DNA of 64,000 nt from Methylotenera sp. GTDB taxonomy: Bacteria; Pseudomonadota; Gammaproteobacteria; Burkholderiales; Burkholderiaceae_C. Each line of letters starts with the position of its first letter. The stretch's first letter is position 1. Positions 47,653 to 58,655 of the stretch are shown here, piece after piece. The translations under genes and the position numbers were made by a program. Under the pieces are notes generated by a model, which saw only the letters and a program-made list of their open reading frames with translations, made no database searches and was not told the origin of the DNA. The stretch is from positions 11,504 to 75,503 of the forward strand of contig JAIPCJ010000001.1 in the NCBI GenBank assembly GCA_021738245.1. Reading direction: 5' to 3'.

Positions 47653-48540
47653 ATGACCCCCATCACCCTGCGCCGCTGGCGCCACGCCTTGCCCGTGATC
47701 GCGGCCGTGCTGACGGCCTGTGGCGGTGGCGGCGGCACCGCCACCGCAGCACCCGCCCCGGGAAGCGCCACGGCGCCTGCCACGACCTGGAAGCTCGTCT
47801 GGAGCGACGAGTTCGACGGCGCAGCCGGCACGGTGCCCAAGGCCGCCAACTGGAACTACGACCTCGGCAACGCCGAGAGCAGCGGCTGGGGCAACCATGA
47901 GCTGCAGTACTACACCGCCAATGCCCGCAATGCTCAGCACGACGGCAACGGCATGCTCGTCATCACCGCCGAGAAGGCCAGCAACCCGGGCCCCTGCTGG
48001 AACGGCAAGCCCTGCGACTACACCTCGGCACGCATCCACAGCAATGGCAAGGTCAGCTTCACCTACGGCAAGGTCGAGGCGCGCATGAAGCTGCCGGCCG
48101 GCGCCGGCATCTGGCCCGCCTTCTGGGCCCTGGGCACCGACCTGGCCACCGCCGGCTGGCCCAAGTCTGGCGAGATCGACATCATGGAGTTCGTCGGCAA
48201 GACGCCCAACACCGTCTACGGCACGCTGCACGGCCCCGGCTACTCCGGCGCCCAGGGCATCAACAAGCCGTTCGACATGGGCGCACCCGTCTCGGCCGAC
48301 TTCCACACCTACACCATCATCAAGCGGCCCAACGAGATCATCTGGCAGGTCGACGGCAAGGAGTACCACCGTCTCACGCCCGCCACCCTGCCGGCGGGTG
48401 GCAGCTGGGTGTTCGAGAAACCCTTTTTCGTCATCCTCAACCTGGCCGTCGGCGGCGACTGGCCCGGGGCGCCCGATGCCAGCACGGTCTTCCCGGCGCA
48501 GATGCAGGTCGATTGGGTGCGCATCTACCAGGAAAACTGA
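47653..48540 (+). CDS. GH16 beta-glucanase, lipoprotein
   Basis: Lipobox LTAC followed by a Gly/Ala linker; WSDEFDG, GWGNHELQYY and EIDIME motifs. Confidence 0.92.
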   Translation: MTPITLRRWRHALPVIAAVLTACGGGGGTATAAPAPGSATAPATTWKLVWSDEFDGAAGTVPKAANWNYDLGNAESSGWGNHELQYYTANARNAQHDGNGMLVITAEKASNPGPCWNGKPCDYTSARIHSNGKVSFTYGKVEARMKLPAGAGIWPAFWALGTDLATAGWPKSGEIDIMEFVGKTPNTVYGTLHGPGYSGAQGINKPFDMGAPVSADFHTYTIIKRPNEIIWQVDGKEYHRLTPATLPAGGSWVFEKPFFVILNLAVGGDWPGAPDASTVFPAQMQVDWVRIYQEN

Positions 48541-48620
48541 GCGGCAACGGCTGCGGGCGCTGTTGTGACAATGCGGTGGTAGAGGCTCCCTGGCGTTGCA
48601 CGCCGCCCGACCGTCCCGCC

Positions 48621-49406
48621 ATGTCGACCCGCTCCTTCCCCTCGCTGTTCACCCCGCTGGACGGCACGCCTGAAGACTGCGAGTCCTGCGCCCGCGGCGA
48701 GCGGCTGGGCTTTCTGTTCGACTTTGCCTACCAGCCCATCGTGGACCTGGCCCGGCGCAGCGTGTTTGCGCACGAGGCCCTGGTGCGGGGGGCTGCCGGT
48801 GAACCCGCCGGTGCGGTGCTCGCGCAGGTCAACGAGGCCAACCGCTACCGTTTTGACCAGAGCTGCCGCGTCAAGGCCATCAAGGGCGCGGCCGAACTGG
48901 GGCTGGCGGAGCGGCTGTCCATCAACTTCCTGCCCAACGCCATCTACCGGCCCGAGATCTGCATCCGCACCACGCTGGAGGCGGCTCGCACGCACGGCTT
49001 CCCGCTGGAGCGCATCATCTTCGAGGTGACCGAGGGTGAGCGTGTGGAAGACGGACCCTGGTTCGCGTCCATCCTGCGTGAATACAAACGGGTCGGCTTT
49101 CTGACAGCCATCGATGACTTCGGTGCCGGCTATGCCGGCTTGAAGCTGCTGGCCGACTTCCAGCCCGACATCATCAAGCTCGACATGGACCTCGTGCGCC
49201 ACATCGATACCGATGCCGCGCGCCGCCTCATCGTCAATCACCTCGTGCGCCTGTGCGCGGACTTGCGCATCGCCGTCATTGCCGAGGGGGTGGAGACGCC
49301 GGCGGAGCGCAATGCGCTGCTGGACCTGGGCATCACGCTGATGCAGGGCTACCTGTTCGCGCGGCCTTCGCAGGGCCGGGCGGCCACCGTCGCCTGGGGC
49401 GACTGA
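48621..49406 (+). CDS. stand-alone EAL-domain c-di-GMP phosphodiesterase
   Basis: AYQPIV, EALVR, SINF, FEVTE, IDDFGAGY, IKLD, AEGVET and QGYLF motifs, all intact. Confidence 0.92.
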   Translation: MSTRSFPSLFTPLDGTPEDCESCARGERLGFLFDFAYQPIVDLARRSVFAHEALVRGAAGEPAGAVLAQVNEANRYRFDQSCRVKAIKGAAELGLAERLSINFLPNAIYRPEICIRTTLEAARTHGFPLERIIFEVTEGERVEDGPWFASILREYKRVGFLTAIDDFGAGYAGLKLLADFQPDIIKLDMDLVRHIDTDAARRLIVNHLVRLCADLRIAVIAEGVETPAERNALLDLGITLMQGYLFARPSQGRAATVAWGD

Positions 49407-49432
49407 CGACGACAGAACCCCGCCGCCCCGGC

Positions 49433-50179
49433 TCAATCGCGCCGGAAGGCGATCTCCACGTCCACCGTGCGCGCCTGCGTCAGGGGCGCGAACTGCCATT
49501 GCAGGATGGCGTCCACCGCGGGCTTGGCCAGGCGGCGCGGCACCTGGGGCGCGGCCTCGGCCTGGCTGACGCGGCCATCGGCCTCCACCGTGAAGCGCAC
49601 CTTGACGTTGCGGGATCCCGCGCCCAGGGTCTGCTGCACGGCTGGCGTCAGCACGGGCGGGACAAAGCTGCGCAGCTGCAGCGCGCCGTCGTCGGCCTCG
49701 TCGTCCTCCGGGTCTTCAGCCTTGGGCGCGGCGGGCGTCGGGTTGAGCGCCGGTGCCAGCGCCACCGCGGCCACGGTCGGGGCTTGCGGAACTTGCGGCG
49801 TGGGCGCGGAGAGAGCGACCGGCGCGAGCGCGGGCGGCGGCTCGACCGGGGCCAGCTCAGCCACGGTCTTCACGTTCGGGTCCTCGGCGGGCTTGACGGC
49901 GGTGAGATAACCCGAGCCCGAGGCGGCGTGCGGCTCCGGCGTGCGGGCCACCACCTTGGGGCGCTCGGCGTTGGCCGCGGCCGGCTTGGGTGGCTTGGGG
50001 GCTGATTCCGCCCCCGCTTTGGGCACGGTCTGGAACTTGATGAAGCTGAACACCTTCTCCGCATCGCGCCGCGCCCGTTCGGCGTCGGTCATGGGGGCAG
50101 GGGCCTGGGCCGCGGCGAGCAGCGGCAGCATCAGGCCCAGGGTGGCCAGCAGGTGGGATGGGCGGGGCAAGTCAGGCAT
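49433..50179 (-). CDS. TonB C-terminal-domain protein with signal peptide and Pro/Ala-rich linker
   Basis: C-terminal VKVRFTVEADGRV..AVDAILQWQFAP..VEIAF; AXA-type signal. Confidence 0.7.
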   Translation of the reverse strand: MPDLPRPSHLLATLGLMLPLLAAAQAPAPMTDAERARRDAEKVFSFIKFQTVPKAGAESAPKPPKPAAANAERPKVVARTPEPHAASGSGYLTAVKPAEDPNVKTVAELAPVEPPPALAPVALSAPTPQVPQAPTVAAVALAPALNPTPAAPKAEDPEDDEADDGALQLRSFVPPVLTPAVQQTLGAGSRNVKVRFTVEADGRVSQAEAAPQVPRRLAKPAVDAILQWQFAPLTQARTVDVEIAFRRD

Positions 50180-50290
50180 GGCGTTACTGCAGGGCGCTGG
50201 ACACGTGACGAACCTGCCATTCAAGCAGGCGTTCGTGACACCAGCATGCTTCGTGCCAGCGAGCGTGACAAATGCCACGGCGTGGCGGCG

Positions 50291-51348
<1,058 letters not shown>

Positions 51349-51352
<4 letters not shown>

Positions 51353-52584
51353 GGGAGTCTCCTGTTGTCGGTGTTCTGCAGAACCTGGGCAATGCGCTGC
51401 TGTGCCGTGGCCACGGGCAGGTCGCGTTGCCAGAAGTCGCTGACGGCTTGTTCCAGTGCCGTCAGTTGCGGCTGGGGCAGCAGCATCTCGGTGTTGCCCA
51501 CCAGGCGGCTGGCGTCGCGCAGGGCCGTGGTGCCCAGTTGCGCACAGCTGTCCAGCGAGCGGGTGTCGAGGTCGGTGCGTACCGGCACCGAGCCCTTGCG
51601 GGCGCTGAAGGCGAGCTGGGTCGCGGGCTGGATGGCCACCTGGGCGAGCAGGCGCTGGGCCGCTTGCGCGCTGGCCTCGCTGCGCGGGAACACCAGCACG
51701 TCGCCGCCCACCACATAGGGTGCGCGTGGGGTCAGGCCCGGCGCGCAGCCGTAGTCCCGGCCGGGCTGCTGGCCGGCGGCGGTGAACTCGCCCTTCACCC
51801 AGTCGCCCATGAACTGAAAGCCCGCGCGTCCGCTGATGAGCAGCGCGGTCGTGTCGTTCCAGCTGCGCCCGGGTGAGGCGCTGTCCACATAACGGCGCAG
51901 GCGCTTGTACGACAGCAGCACTTGTCGCAGGGCCTCGCCTTGCAGGGCCGCGGCGTCATGGTCGCGCAGCACGGCCAGGTAGAGCTCGCGCCCGCCCTGG
52001 TTGGCCAGCACCGCGGTGAAGAGGTTCAGGTCCTGCCAGGGCTGGCCCCCGTGGGCCAGGGCAATCAGGCCGGCGGCCTGCAGCCGGTCGAGCGCAGCGA
52101 AAAGCTCGTCCATGGTGCGCGGCTCGGCCTTCACGCCGGCGCGCGCGAGCGCCGCCTTGGAGCTCCACAGCCACACGGGCATGTGCACGCTCAGCGGCAC
52201 GGCGTACACATGGCCGTCCACCCGCACCGCATCCAGCAGCACGGCGGGCAGGGCCGCGGCCCAGCGGCCCTGGGCGGCGAGGTCGTCCAGGTCGGTGAGG
52301 CGCCCCTCGCGGGCCAGCTGCACGAAGTCCCGTGACGGGTTGAACTGCGCGGCCATGGGCGGGTTGCCGGCGCGCAGCCGGGCCTGCAGCGCGCCGCGCG
52401 CCTGCTCGGAAGACACCAGGGCCATGTCCCGCCAACGGCCGCCCGCGGCGCGGTAGGCGTCGGCCAGGGCCTGCTTGGCGGCCATCTCGCCTGGGGAGGT
52501 CCACCAGTGCAGCACGTCGCTCGGGGGGCCGGCCTGGGCCGTGGCGGCCAACAGCAGGGAGGCGAGGGCGCAGGCGCGGAGCAT
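51349..52584 (-). CDS. sugar ABC substrate-binding protein (glucose GtsA-like)
   Basis: VLHWWTS.GE, FQFMGDWVKGEF and KGSVPVRTD motifs; signal peptide; ATGA overlap with the ATPase gene. Confidence 0.85.
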
Positions 52585-52603
52585 CCCGCGATCATTACTT
52601 CAA

Positions 52604-52629
52604 ATTAAGAAACTTAATATCGTATTAAC
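52604..52629. promoter_or_regulatory. candidate OmpR-family (PmrA/QseB/TctD-type) binding boxes
   Basis: AT-rich ATTAAG-AAA-CTTAAT-ATCGT-ATTAAC. On the minus strand GTTAAT-N5-ATTAAG gives an 11-bp periodicity upstream of the SBP. Confidence 0.45.
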
Positions 52630-52638
52630 CATGACGCT

Positions 52639-52902
52639 GGGAGTCTGCGCGGCAGAGCGTGGCGCCCGCGCCGGGGCGAGAGGCCGGGCCAGGCAAGGCG
52701 CCGCAGAGGCGTGGGTCGGGACCCACAACGAGGCGGCAACGCCGCATGGCCTGGCCTCTCGCCCCGGCCCTTCGGGTTGGCCCTGGCTGAGGCGCATGCC
52801 GCGTTGCTCGTCGTTGCGGGCACCAGCCCGCGGCCTCCTCACGCCTTGCCTGCGCCTCAGCCAGGGCCAACGCGGGCGCCACGCTCTGCCGCGCAGACTC
52901 CC
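52639..52902. repeat. 264-bp nested palindromic (REP-doublet/MITE-like) element
   Basis: Perfect 32-bp TIRs GGGAGTCTGCGCGGCAGAGCGTGGCGCCCGCG (52639-52670 and 52871-52902) enclosing two related long hairpins. Confidence 0.85.
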
Positions 52903-52922
52903 TGCCCCGCTACAGTGCGCCC

Positions 52923-53591
52923 ATGAACCTCCTGCTCGCCGAAGACGACGCCCTGCTGGCCGATGCGCTGCAGCAGCAGTTGCTGAACGCGTCGTTCAAG
53001 GTCGAATGGGCAGAGAACGGCGCGGTGGCCGAGTACCTGCTGCGCAAGCAGGATTTCGATGTCGCCATCCTCGACCTGGGCCTGCCGCTGGTGGACGGGT
53101 TGACGGTGCTCAAGCGCGTGCGCGAGGCCGGGCGCACGGTGCCCATCCTGGTGCTGACGGCGCTGGACGCCCTGGAGCACCGCGTCGCCGGCCTGCAGGC
53201 GGGCGCCGACGACTACCTCACCAAGCCCTTCGACTTCCCCGAGCTCGAAGCCCGGCTGCATGCGCTGATGCGCCGTGGCCGTCCGGCGTCGCAGAGCCAG
53301 CAGCTGCGCCGGCTCACGCTTGACCGGGCGGCCCGCCGGGCCAGCGTGGGCGGCGAGCCCATGGAGCTGAGCCCGCGCGAATGGACCCTGCTGGACCTGC
53401 TCGTGAACGAGCGCGACCGCGTGGTGACCAAGCCGCAGATCGTCGCCGCCTGGGGCAGCGAGGACAGCGCGGGCGGCTCCATCGAGGTCTACATCCACCG
53501 CCTGCGCAAGAAGCTCGAAGGCTCGGGCCTGGCCGTGCGCACGGTGCGCGGCCTGGGCTATCTGCTGGAAGCCACGGCGACGCCCGCGTGA
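52923..53591 (+). CDS. OmpR-family response regulator (TctD/QseB-like)
   Basis: LLAEDD, ILDLGLP, GADDYLTKPF, IEVYIHRLRKKL and TVRGLGY motifs. Confidence 0.94.
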   Translation: MNLLLAEDDALLADALQQQLLNASFKVEWAENGAVAEYLLRKQDFDVAILDLGLPLVDGLTVLKRVREAGRTVPILVLTALDALEHRVAGLQAGADDYLTKPFDFPELEARLHALMRRGRPASQSQQLRRLTLDRAARRASVGGEPMELSPREWTLLDLLVNERDRVVTKPQIVAAWGSEDSAGGSIEVYIHRLRKKLEGSGLAVRTVRGLGYLLEATATPA

Positions 53592-55000
53592 AAACCGCCG
53601 CCGGCCGGTCGCTGCATCGCCAGCTGCTGTTGTGGCTGCTGCTGCCGCAGATCGTGCTGTGGCTGGTGGCGGCCTTCGGCGCGTACCGGGTGGCCAGCCG
53701 CCATGCCGATGAGCTGGTGGATGCCAGCCTGCTGCAGGCCGCGCGGGCGCTGGCGCGGCAGATCAAGCCCACCGCCAGTGGCCTCTTCGTGGACCTGCCC
53801 CGGTCGGCGCAGGACATCCTCAGCGCCGACCCCGACGACCGTGTCATGTACACCGTGAGCTCGCCACCCGGGCAGTTGCTGCTGGGCGATGCCCGCATGC
53901 CCCCGCCCCCGGGCGCGCCGGCCATGAATGCCCCGGTGTTCTACGACGCCACGGTGCCGGAGCCGATGCGCGTGGTGTCGCTGGACCTGCACCTGGGCGC
54001 CCCCGGCGCGGCCGATTCGGCGCTGCGGGTACAGATCGCGCGCGCCAGCGCCCCGCGCGAACTGCTGGCCCGGCGCATGCTGCTGGACACCGCATTGCCC
54101 TTGTCGCTGCTGATCGCCCTGATGAGCGTGGGCGTGTGGGCCGGCATCCGGCGCGGCCTGCGCCCGCTGGCGGAGCTGCAGCGCGAGATGGAAGGCCGCC
54201 GTGCCGATGCGCTGGACCCGGTGCAGCTTCGCGCGGCGCCACCCGAGGTCAGCGCGCTGGCGGGGGCCGTCAACGAGTTGCTGGGCCAGGTGCAGCAGAG
54301 TCTGGGGCAGCAGCGGCGCTTCATCAGCGATGCCGCCCACCAGCTGCGCACACCCCTGGCCGGCCTGAAGAGCCAGACCGAGCTCGCCCTGGCGGCGGCC
54401 ACCGACCCGGCGCTGCGCCAACGCCTGCAGCGCGTGCATGACAGCGCGGTGCGCTGCGCCCGCCTGGTGTCGCAGCTGCTGGTGCTGGCCCGCGCCGAGC
54501 CCGAGGCCATCGCGGCGCAGGGCTGGGCGCCGGTGGACTGTGCCGCCCTGGTCCAGGAGGTGGCCGCCGACTGGGTGCCGCGTGCGCTGGCTGCGGGCAT
54601 GGACCTGGGCGTGGAGATCGCGACCGATGCGCCGGCCGAAGGTCTGCAGGTGCAGGGCGTGGCGCTGTTGCTGCGCGAGGCACTCATCAATCTCATCGAC
54701 AACGCCGTGCGCTACGCAGGCCGCGGCGCCACGCTCACGGTGCGGCTGCGCGCGGTGGGAGACGATCTCTGGCTGGAGGTCGAGGACAACGGCCCGGGCT
54801 TGCCGCCCGGCGAGCGGGAACGGGTGTTCGAGCGTTTCGCCCGCGGTGAGCAGGGCAGTGCGCTCAGTGCCGACGGCTGCGGCCTGGGCCTGGCCATCGT
54901 GCGCGAGATCGCCGAGCGCCATGGCGGCAGCGCCGAGCTGCTGCCGGCGGCGCCGCAGGGCTGTATCGCCCGGCTGGCCTTGCCCCTGTACCGCTGCTGA
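53588..55000 (+). CDS. sensor histidine kinase (TctE/QseC-like, 2CSK_N periplasmic domain)
   Basis: Two TM segments; FISDAAHQLRTPL H-box; NLIDNAVRY, EDNGPG, FERFARG and GLGLAIV motifs; GTGA overlap with the regulator. Confidence 0.93.
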   Translation: MKTAAGRSLHRQLLLWLLLPQIVLWLVAAFGAYRVASRHADELVDASLLQAARALARQIKPTASGLFVDLPRSAQDILSADPDDRVMYTVSSPPGQLLLGDARMPPPPGAPAMNAPVFYDATVPEPMRVVSLDLHLGAPGAADSALRVQIARASAPRELLARRMLLDTALPLSLLIALMSVGVWAGIRRGLRPLAELQREMEGRRADALDPVQLRAAPPEVSALAGAVNELLGQVQQSLGQQRRFISDAAHQLRTPLAGLKSQTELALAAATDPALRQRLQRVHDSAVRCARLVSQLLVLARAEPEAIAAQGWAPVDCAALVQEVAADWVPRALAAGMDLGVEIATDAPAEGLQVQGVALLLREALINLIDNAVRYAGRGATLTVRLRAVGDDLWLEVEDNGPGLPPGERERVFERFARGEQGSALSADGCGLGLAIVREIAERHGGSAELLPAAPQGCIARLALPLYRC

Positions 55001-55049
55001 GCGCGGCGACTGGCGACAATCGGGGCTTGTGTCCTGAACCCTGACTGCC

Positions 55050-57065
55050 ATGTCCACCCGCACCGTCTTCGGCGCCTGCCCCCACGACTGCCCCGACACC
55101 TGCGCCCTGCAGGTCACCGTCGAGAACGAGCGTGTCATCAAGGTGCAGGGCCGGGCCGAGCATGCCAACACCCACGGCGCGCTGTGCACCAAGGTGTCGC
55201 GCTATGCCGAGCGCACCTACCACCCCGAGCGGGTGCTGCATCCCCTCAAGCGTGTCAGCAAGAAGACCGAGGCGCCGGCCTTCGTGCGCGTCAGCTGGGC
55301 CGAGGCCCTGACCGACATCGCCGCGCGGCTCAAGGCCATCGCTGCCCGCGACGGCCAGCGCATCCAGCCCTACAGCTATGCCGGCACCATGGGCTTGCTG
55401 CAGGGCGAGGCCATGGCGGGCCGGGTCTGGAACGCCCTCGGTGCCGCCCGGCTGGACCGCACGATCTGCGCCTCCGCCGGCGGCGCCGGCCTGGCCATGA
55501 CCTATGGCCACAAGCTCGGCATGCACACGCGCCACTTCGCGGGCGCCAGACTCATCGTGATCTGGGGCAGCAACAGCATCACGTCCAACCTGCACTTCTG
55601 GACCTATGCCAACCAGGCCAAGCGCGAGGGCGCCAAGCTCATCTGCATCGACCCGCGCAAGACCGAGACGGCCGACAAATGCCACCAGCACATCGCCGTG
55701 CTGCCCGGCACCGACGGCGCGCTGGCGCTGGGCCTGATGCACGAGCTGATCCAGCACGACTGGCTGGACCACGACTACATCGCCCGCCATGTGGACGGCT
55801 GGGACGAACTCCGCGCCAAGGCCCTGGCCTGGCCGCCGGAGCGCGTGGCCGAGGTTTGCGGCATCACCGCCGACGAGGTGCGAGGCCTGGCGCGTGACTA
55901 CGGCGACAGGAACGTCGTCGAGGCCCCGGCCGCCATCCGCATGAACTACGGCCTGCAGCGGGTGCGCGGCGGCGGTAATGCGGTGCGGCTGATCGCCCTG
56001 CTGCCCTGCCTGACCGGCGCCTGGCGCCACCCCAGCGGTGGCGTGCTGCTGTCGGCCTCGGGCTGGTTCGCGCCCTTCAAGAACCCGGACCTGGAGCGGC
56101 CCGACCTGCTCGCCGGCCGCACGCCGCGCATGGTCAACATGAGCACCATCGGCGATGCGCTGCTGCAGGCCGACCCGCCCATCGAGGCGCTGGTGGTCTA
56201 CAACAGCAACCCCGTCGCGGTGGCGCCCGAGTCGCCCAAGGTGGTGAAGGGCTTCCAGCGTGAAGACCTGTTCACGGTGGTGCTCGAACACTTCATGACC
56301 GACACCGCCGACCTGGCCGACTACGTGCTGCCCGCCACCACCCAGCTCGAACACCTGGATGTGCACACCAGCTACGGCCACACCGACGTGCTGATGAACC
56401 AGCCCGCGATCGCGCCCCTGGGCGAGGCCAAGCCCAACACCCAGATCTTTCGCGAGCTGGCCGCGGCGCTGGGCCTGACCGACCCGTGCTTCCGCGAGAC
56501 CGACGAGGAGCTCGCCGCCCAGGCTTTCACGGCGGACATCGACCTGGGCCTGCTGCGCACGCAGGGCTGGCAGCCGCTGCCCATCCCCGAGGCGCCGTTC
56601 GCCGAAGGCGGCTTCCGCACGCCCAACGGCCGCGCCAATGCCGCGGGCGCTGACTTCGTGCCGAACTACGAGAGTGCACGGACCGCGCCCGAGCTGGCGG
56701 CGCGCTACCCGTTGGCCATGATCTCGCCGCCGGCCCGCAACTTCCTGAACAGCAGCTTCGTCAACGTGAAGAGCCTGCGCGACATGGAAGGCGAACCCCT
56801 CATCGAGATGCATGCCGACGACGCCGCCGCGCGCGGCCTGGCCGACGGCACGCTGGTGGCCGCCTTCAACGACCGCGGCCGCTACGTGGCCCGGCTCAAG
56901 GTGAGCCCGCGTGCCCGCCCGGGTGTGGTCAACGGCCTGGGCGTGTGGTGGCGCAAGCTGGGGCCGCAGGGCAGCAACGTCAACGAGGTGACGCACCAGC
57001 GCCTGACCGACATGGGCGAGGCACCGGCCTTCTACGACTGCCTGGTGCAGGTCGAGCCCGCTTGA
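55050..57065 (+). CDS. molybdopterin-dependent oxidoreductase
   Basis: CPHDCPDTC Fe-S motif, LCTKV, PYSYAGTMG, DYVLPATT and MHADDA molydopterin-dinucleotide-binding domain. Confidence 0.9.
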   Translation: MSTRTVFGACPHDCPDTCALQVTVENERVIKVQGRAEHANTHGALCTKVSRYAERTYHPERVLHPLKRVSKKTEAPAFVRVSWAEALTDIAARLKAIAARDGQRIQPYSYAGTMGLLQGEAMAGRVWNALGAARLDRTICASAGGAGLAMTYGHKLGMHTRHFAGARLIVIWGSNSITSNLHFWTYANQAKREGAKLICIDPRKTETADKCHQHIAVLPGTDGALALGLMHELIQHDWLDHDYIARHVDGWDELRAKALAWPPERVAEVCGITADEVRGLARDYGDRNVVEAPAAIRMNYGLQRVRGGGNAVRLIALLPCLTGAWRHPSGGVLLSASGWFAPFKNPDLERPDLLAGRTPRMVNMSTIGDALLQADPPIEALVVYNSNPVAVAPESPKVVKGFQREDLFTVVLEHFMTDTADLADYVLPATTQLEHLDVHTSYGHTDVLMNQPAIAPLGEAKPNTQIFRELAAALGLTDPCFRETDEELAAQAFTADIDLGLLRTQGWQPLPIPEAPFAEGGFRTPNGRANAAGADFVPNYESARTAPELAARYPLAMISPPARNFLNSSFVNVKSLRDMEGEPLIEMHADDAAARGLADGTLVAAFNDRGRYVARLKVSPRARPGVVNGLGVWWRKLGPQGSNVNEVTHQRLTDMGEAPAFYDCLVQVEPA

Positions 57066-58117
57066 GCCGCCGCCTGCTGCTGGCGCTGCTGACGCTGCTG
57101 TTGAGCGGCTGCAGCACCCTGGGCCACTGGACCCAGGCCGCCAGCGGCCATCTTGGCGTGCTGCGCGCCGCGCGCCCGGTGCCCGAGGTGCTGGCCGACC
57201 CCGCCACGCCGCCCGAGCTCGCCGAGCGACTGCGGCTGGCGCAGCAGATGCGCGACTTCGCCAGCCGGCAGCTCGCCCTGCCCGAGAACAACAGCTACCG
57301 CCGTTATGCCGACCTGCACCGGCCGGCCGTGGTGTGGAACGTGGTGGCGGCACCCGCCTTCAGCCTGCAGCTCAAGACCTGGTGCTACCCGCTGATGGGC
57401 TGCGCCGGCTACCAGGGCTGGTTCGATCTCGACGCGGCCCGCCAGCAGGCCGATGCGCTCAAGGCCGACGGCTGGGAGGTGCAGGTGCAGGCCATTCCGG
57501 CCTACTCCACGCTCGGCTGGAGCCGCTGGCTGGGGGGCGACCCGCTGCTCAGCACCTTCATCCGCTACCCCGAGGGCGAGCTGGCCGCCATGATCTTCCA
57601 CGAGCTGGCCCACCAGCGCGTCTATGTGGCCGACGACACCCCCTTCAACGAGTCGTACGCGGTGGCGGTGGAACTGCTGGGCGCGCGGGCCTGGCTGGCG
57701 GACAAGCCGGTGGCGCTGGCGGCATTCGATGCGGGCCGTGCGGGGCGCGAGCGCTTCCTGGCCCTGGCGCGCGAGGGCCGGGCGCGCCTGCAGGCGGCCT
57801 TCGCAGGCCCGGCCGAGACCCGTGCGGCGGCCAAGGCCGACATCCTGGCCGACCTGCGTGCCCGTGCGCCGCATGAGGCGCCGGGCTACGAGGCCTGGTT
57901 TGAGCGTGCCAACAACGCGAGCTTCGCCATCCTGTCGGCCTATGACGAACTCGTGCCTGACTTCCTGCGCCTGTTCGAACGCGAGGGCCGCGACTGGGCG
58001 TGCTTCCATGCGGCGGTCCAGGCGCTCCAGCCGCTGTCGCGCGACGCGCGGCGTGCTACCTTGCGCGGCTCAGGAGGACCTCATGAGCTTGATCATCCGC
58101 CGCGCCCGGGTCAGTGA
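57062..58117 (+). CDS. putative zinc aminopeptidase, lipoprotein
   Basis: Lipobox LSGC; AYSTLGW, IFHELAHQ (HExxH) and FNESYA motifs; TTG start overlapping the upstream stop. Confidence 0.82.
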   Translation: MSRRLLLALLTLLLSGCSTLGHWTQAASGHLGVLRAARPVPEVLADPATPPELAERLRLAQQMRDFASRQLALPENNSYRRYADLHRPAVVWNVVAAPAFSLQLKTWCYPLMGCAGYQGWFDLDAARQQADALKADGWEVQVQAIPAYSTLGWSRWLGGDPLLSTFIRYPEGELAAMIFHELAHQRVYVADDTPFNESYAVAVELLGARAWLADKPVALAAFDAGRAGRERFLALAREGRARLQAAFAGPAETRAAAKADILADLRARAPHEAPGYEAWFERANNASFAILSAYDELVPDFLRLFEREGRDWACFHAAVQALQPLSRDARRATLRGSGGPHELDHPPRPGQ

Positions 58118-58619
58118 CGCCGCCGCGATCACCGAGCAGTTCGCCGACCCCGCCGTCTACGCCGGCACGCTGCAGATGCCCTACCCGAACGAGGAGCTGT
58201 GGGCGCAGCGCCTGGTGGGCCAGAACCCGCCGACCGCAGGCTCCAGCGAGATCGTGCTGGCTGCCGTGCTCGACGACAAGCCCGTCGGCCTGGCCGGGCT
58301 GCACCCCGTGGGCGCGTCGGTGCGACGCCGGCATGTGATGAGCCTGGGCATCACCGTGTCCCGCGCGCACCAGGGCCAGGGCGTGGGCCATGCGTTGATG
58401 GCCGCGCTGCTGGACTACGCCGACAACTGGGCCCAGATCCTGCGCGTCGAGCTGACCGTCTTCCATGACAACCAGCGCGCCATCCGGCTGTACGAGCGGC
58501 ACGGCTTCGCACCGGAGGGACGCTTCAAGGCCTATGCGCTGCGGGGCGGCGAGTACACCGATGTGCTGGCGATGGCGCGGCTGCATCCGAAGCCGCCCCA
58601 ACTGCCCGCGACCGACTGA
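58083..58619 (+). CDS. GNAT N-acetyltransferase (YhhY-like)
   Basis: HQGQGVG acetyl-CoA motif, RVELTVFHDNQRAIRLYERHGF; AGGAGG RBS. Confidence 0.88.
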   Translation: MSLIIRRARVSDAAAITEQFADPAVYAGTLQMPYPNEELWAQRLVGQNPPTAGSSEIVLAAVLDDKPVGLAGLHPVGASVRRRHVMSLGITVSRAHQGQGVGHALMAALLDYADNWAQILRVELTVFHDNQRAIRLYERHGFAPEGRFKAYALRGGEYTDVLAMARLHPKPPQLPATD

Positions 58620-58655
58620 GCGCCCCGTGCCGCGCCGGCCGTCACGCGCGGCGGT

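Noticed and set aside
58083-58117. 35-nt overlap of aminopeptidase and GNAT as a frameshift or fusion
   Set aside because: Both proteins look complete and GNAT has its own AGGAGG RBS; an ordinary short overlap.
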